A DNA stretch of 59,960 bases, filler included. It is 5 parts of 5 records of this genome, joined end to end, with 100 filler letters (N's around TTAATTAATTAA, not from the genome) between each part and the next. Parts side by side here need not be neighbours in the genome. Positions count along the whole stretch, not along the records: positions 40,637 to 59,960 come from SRR2962707_2343; 4 more parts are not named here. One strand, 5' to 3'. A program made the translations under genes and the position numbers. The notes beneath the pieces are model-generated. The model was not told the DNA's origin. It was given only the letters and a program-made list of their open reading frames with translations, and ran no database searches. Below, one piece after another: positions 58,568 to 59,960 of this stretch; within the stretch, counting starts at the first letter, position 1; each line of letters opens with the position of its first letter.

Positions 58568-59896
58568 CTAAACTTCATTAACGTATTTCCGTCTGAATTT
58601 AATAACTAATGCGAGGGAGCGTATTAACATCCAAACAAAGAATGCAATCCAAATAGCATACAATTTAAATCCGAAGAAATTGAATAAAAATAAGGTAGGA
58701 GCAAATCCTAAAAAAGTAGCTGCTAATAATACATTTCTAAGGTAACTTGCTTCTCCTAAACCTTTAAAAATACCATCAAACATAAAAGCAACCGCATTAA
58801 CTGGTTGCATAATTAATACAATCCAAAATACGGATGAAAAAAGAGCTAGAACAGTTTCTTCTTTATTGAATAGAATTCCAATTTCATTATAAAATAAGCC
58901 ACAAACAGCCATTAAAATAAACGAAATGATGATAGCATATTTACAGATATCAATACTTAAAAACCACAAACGGTTGTAGTCTTTAGCTCCTAATAACCTT
59001 CCTGAAATTGCATTTCCAGCATTGGCATACCCATCAATAAAAAAGGAAAAAAACAACCAAATATTCATTAAAATACTCTGTGCAGCAATATAATTTTTTC
59101 CATAATCTGTAGCATATGCATTTGCAAGGTAAATGGCAAAGTTTAAAGCGGCAGTACGTACAAATAAATTGGCGCTCATTAATAAGAGCTTTTTCATTTG
59201 CGGATTAATATTAAAGCTCAATTTAAAATTGAAAGGTGTTTTTTTAACGTAAAAATAAATTGCCATGAGTAACATTACTAACTGGGCAATAACACTTGCA
59301 TAACCCGCCCCTTTAAGATGCATGGCAGGAATAATTCCATCAATTCCATATACTAAAACATAATCCAAAACAATATTTACGGCGGCACCAGTTAAACTGC
59401 ATTTCATTGCCCAAAGCGTATTTTGCATCCCTCTAAAAACCCCAAAAATTCCGAAAGTAACTAGTGTAAGCGGATAGCCAATGGCTCTAATTTGATAATA
59501 ATCGGCCGTATATTGTAAAATAAGTCCTTCAGCATTATACAAACTAAAAATATTTTCTGCTACCCAAGCGGTTCCGAAGTAAATTAGTAAACTAAACAAG
59601 AAATTAAAGGCTAAGGCTTGTGGAACTAATGTTTTTACTGCGTGTAATCTGTTTGCTCCAAAGTGTTGTGAAACAATTGCAGAAATAGCAGTTTTTGTTT
59701 GCGCTACAATCCAAATAATAGCAGAAAGAAAAGAACCTACAATTCCAGCAGCAGCCAATGCTTCAACAGGATTTTTATCTACATTACCAATAATTGCTAT
59801 ATCGGTAAGAGAAATAAGTGGTTCTGCAATTCCCGCAATAATAGCAGGAATTGCCAATTGATTGATCTCTTTAAAGTTAATTTTAGCTTCTTTCAT
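58568..59896 (-). CDS. MATE-family efflux transporter (DinF-like)
   Basis: LAIPAIIAGIAEPLISLTDIAIIG, GVFRGMQNT and FDGIFKGLG; many TM helices. Confidence 0.92.
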   Translation of the reverse strand: MKEAKINFKEINQLAIPAIIAGIAEPLISLTDIAIIGNVDKNPVEALAAAGIVGSFLSAIIWIVAQTKTAISAIVSQHFGANRLHAVKTLVPQALAFNFLFSLLIYFGTAWVAENIFSLYNAEGLILQYTADYYQIRAIGYPLTLVTFGIFGVFRGMQNTLWAMKCSLTGAAVNIVLDYVLVYGIDGIIPAMHLKGAGYASVIAQLVMLLMAIYFYVKKTPFNFKLSFNINPQMKKLLLMSANLFVRTAALNFAIYLANAYATDYGKNYIAAQSILMNIWLFFSFFIDGYANAGNAISGRLLGAKDYNRLWFLSIDICKYAIIISFILMAVCGLFYNEIGILFNKEETVLALFSSVFWIVLIMQPVNAVAFMFDGIFKGLGEASYLRNVLLAATFLGFAPTLFLFNFFGFKLYAIWIAFFVWMLIRSLALVIKFRRKYVNEV

Positions 59897-59931
59897 TGTA
59901 CCGAATCCCTCATTGAGGTTTTTATTCCCTA

Positions 59932-59960
59932 GAGCCTGTCCTGAGTTTATCGAAGGGCTC
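59932..59960. repeat. REP-like palindromic element at the window edge
   Basis: gagcc-tgtcctgagtttatcgaag-ggctc hairpin. The CCTGAG..TCGAAGG core resembles intergenic repeats I recall from Bacteroidota. Single, possibly truncated copy. Confidence 0.45.

Overview
This window is not one locus. It is five unrelated contigs joined by identical 100-nt artificial spacers (N44-TTAATTAATTAA-N44) at 17438-17537, 26614-26713, 33539-33638 and 40537-40636. Contig 1 (1-17437) is from a flagellated, non-opisthokont microbial eukaryote, possibly a stramenopile (inference). It carries a 7-exon type II NADH dehydrogenase gene convergent with an intronless 4584-aa inner-arm I1-beta (DNAH2-type) dynein heavy chain. 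Contig 2 (17538-26613) is probably the same eukaryote and holds one 12-exon gene of about 2155 aa: WW, ankyrin, coiled coil, ankyrin, WW, and a Sec16-like C-terminal motif. Contig 3 (26714-33538) is Bacteroidota (Cytophagales-like): a CASTOR/POLLUX-like channel, an orphan TAXI receptor and mreBCD-mrdA-rodA. Contig 4 (33639-40536) is a Pseudoalteromonas-like gammaproteobacterium: tyrA, a membrane AraC plus serine hydrolase, rplS-trmD-rimM-rpsP and ffh. Contig 5 (40637-59960) is Flavobacteriaceae: a bicupin, rpsP-rimM-tRNA methyltransferase, a polysaccharide utilization locus (PUL; SusC/SusD, two GH92, GMC oxidoreductase, gluconate-2-dehydrogenase subunit 3) with three LacI-type operators, then acyl-CoA dehydrogenase, enoyl-CoA hydratase and MATE. 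The best leads are (i) 16 of 17 hand-modelled introns being phase 0, with GC-AG, AAG-acceptor and stop-free in-frame cases, (ii) an exo-mannosidase PUL coupled to a putative Tat-exported glycoside-oxidising module, and (iii) the ankyrin/WW protein with a Sec16-type motif. All calls come from reading the sequence and recalled motifs; no searches were run.
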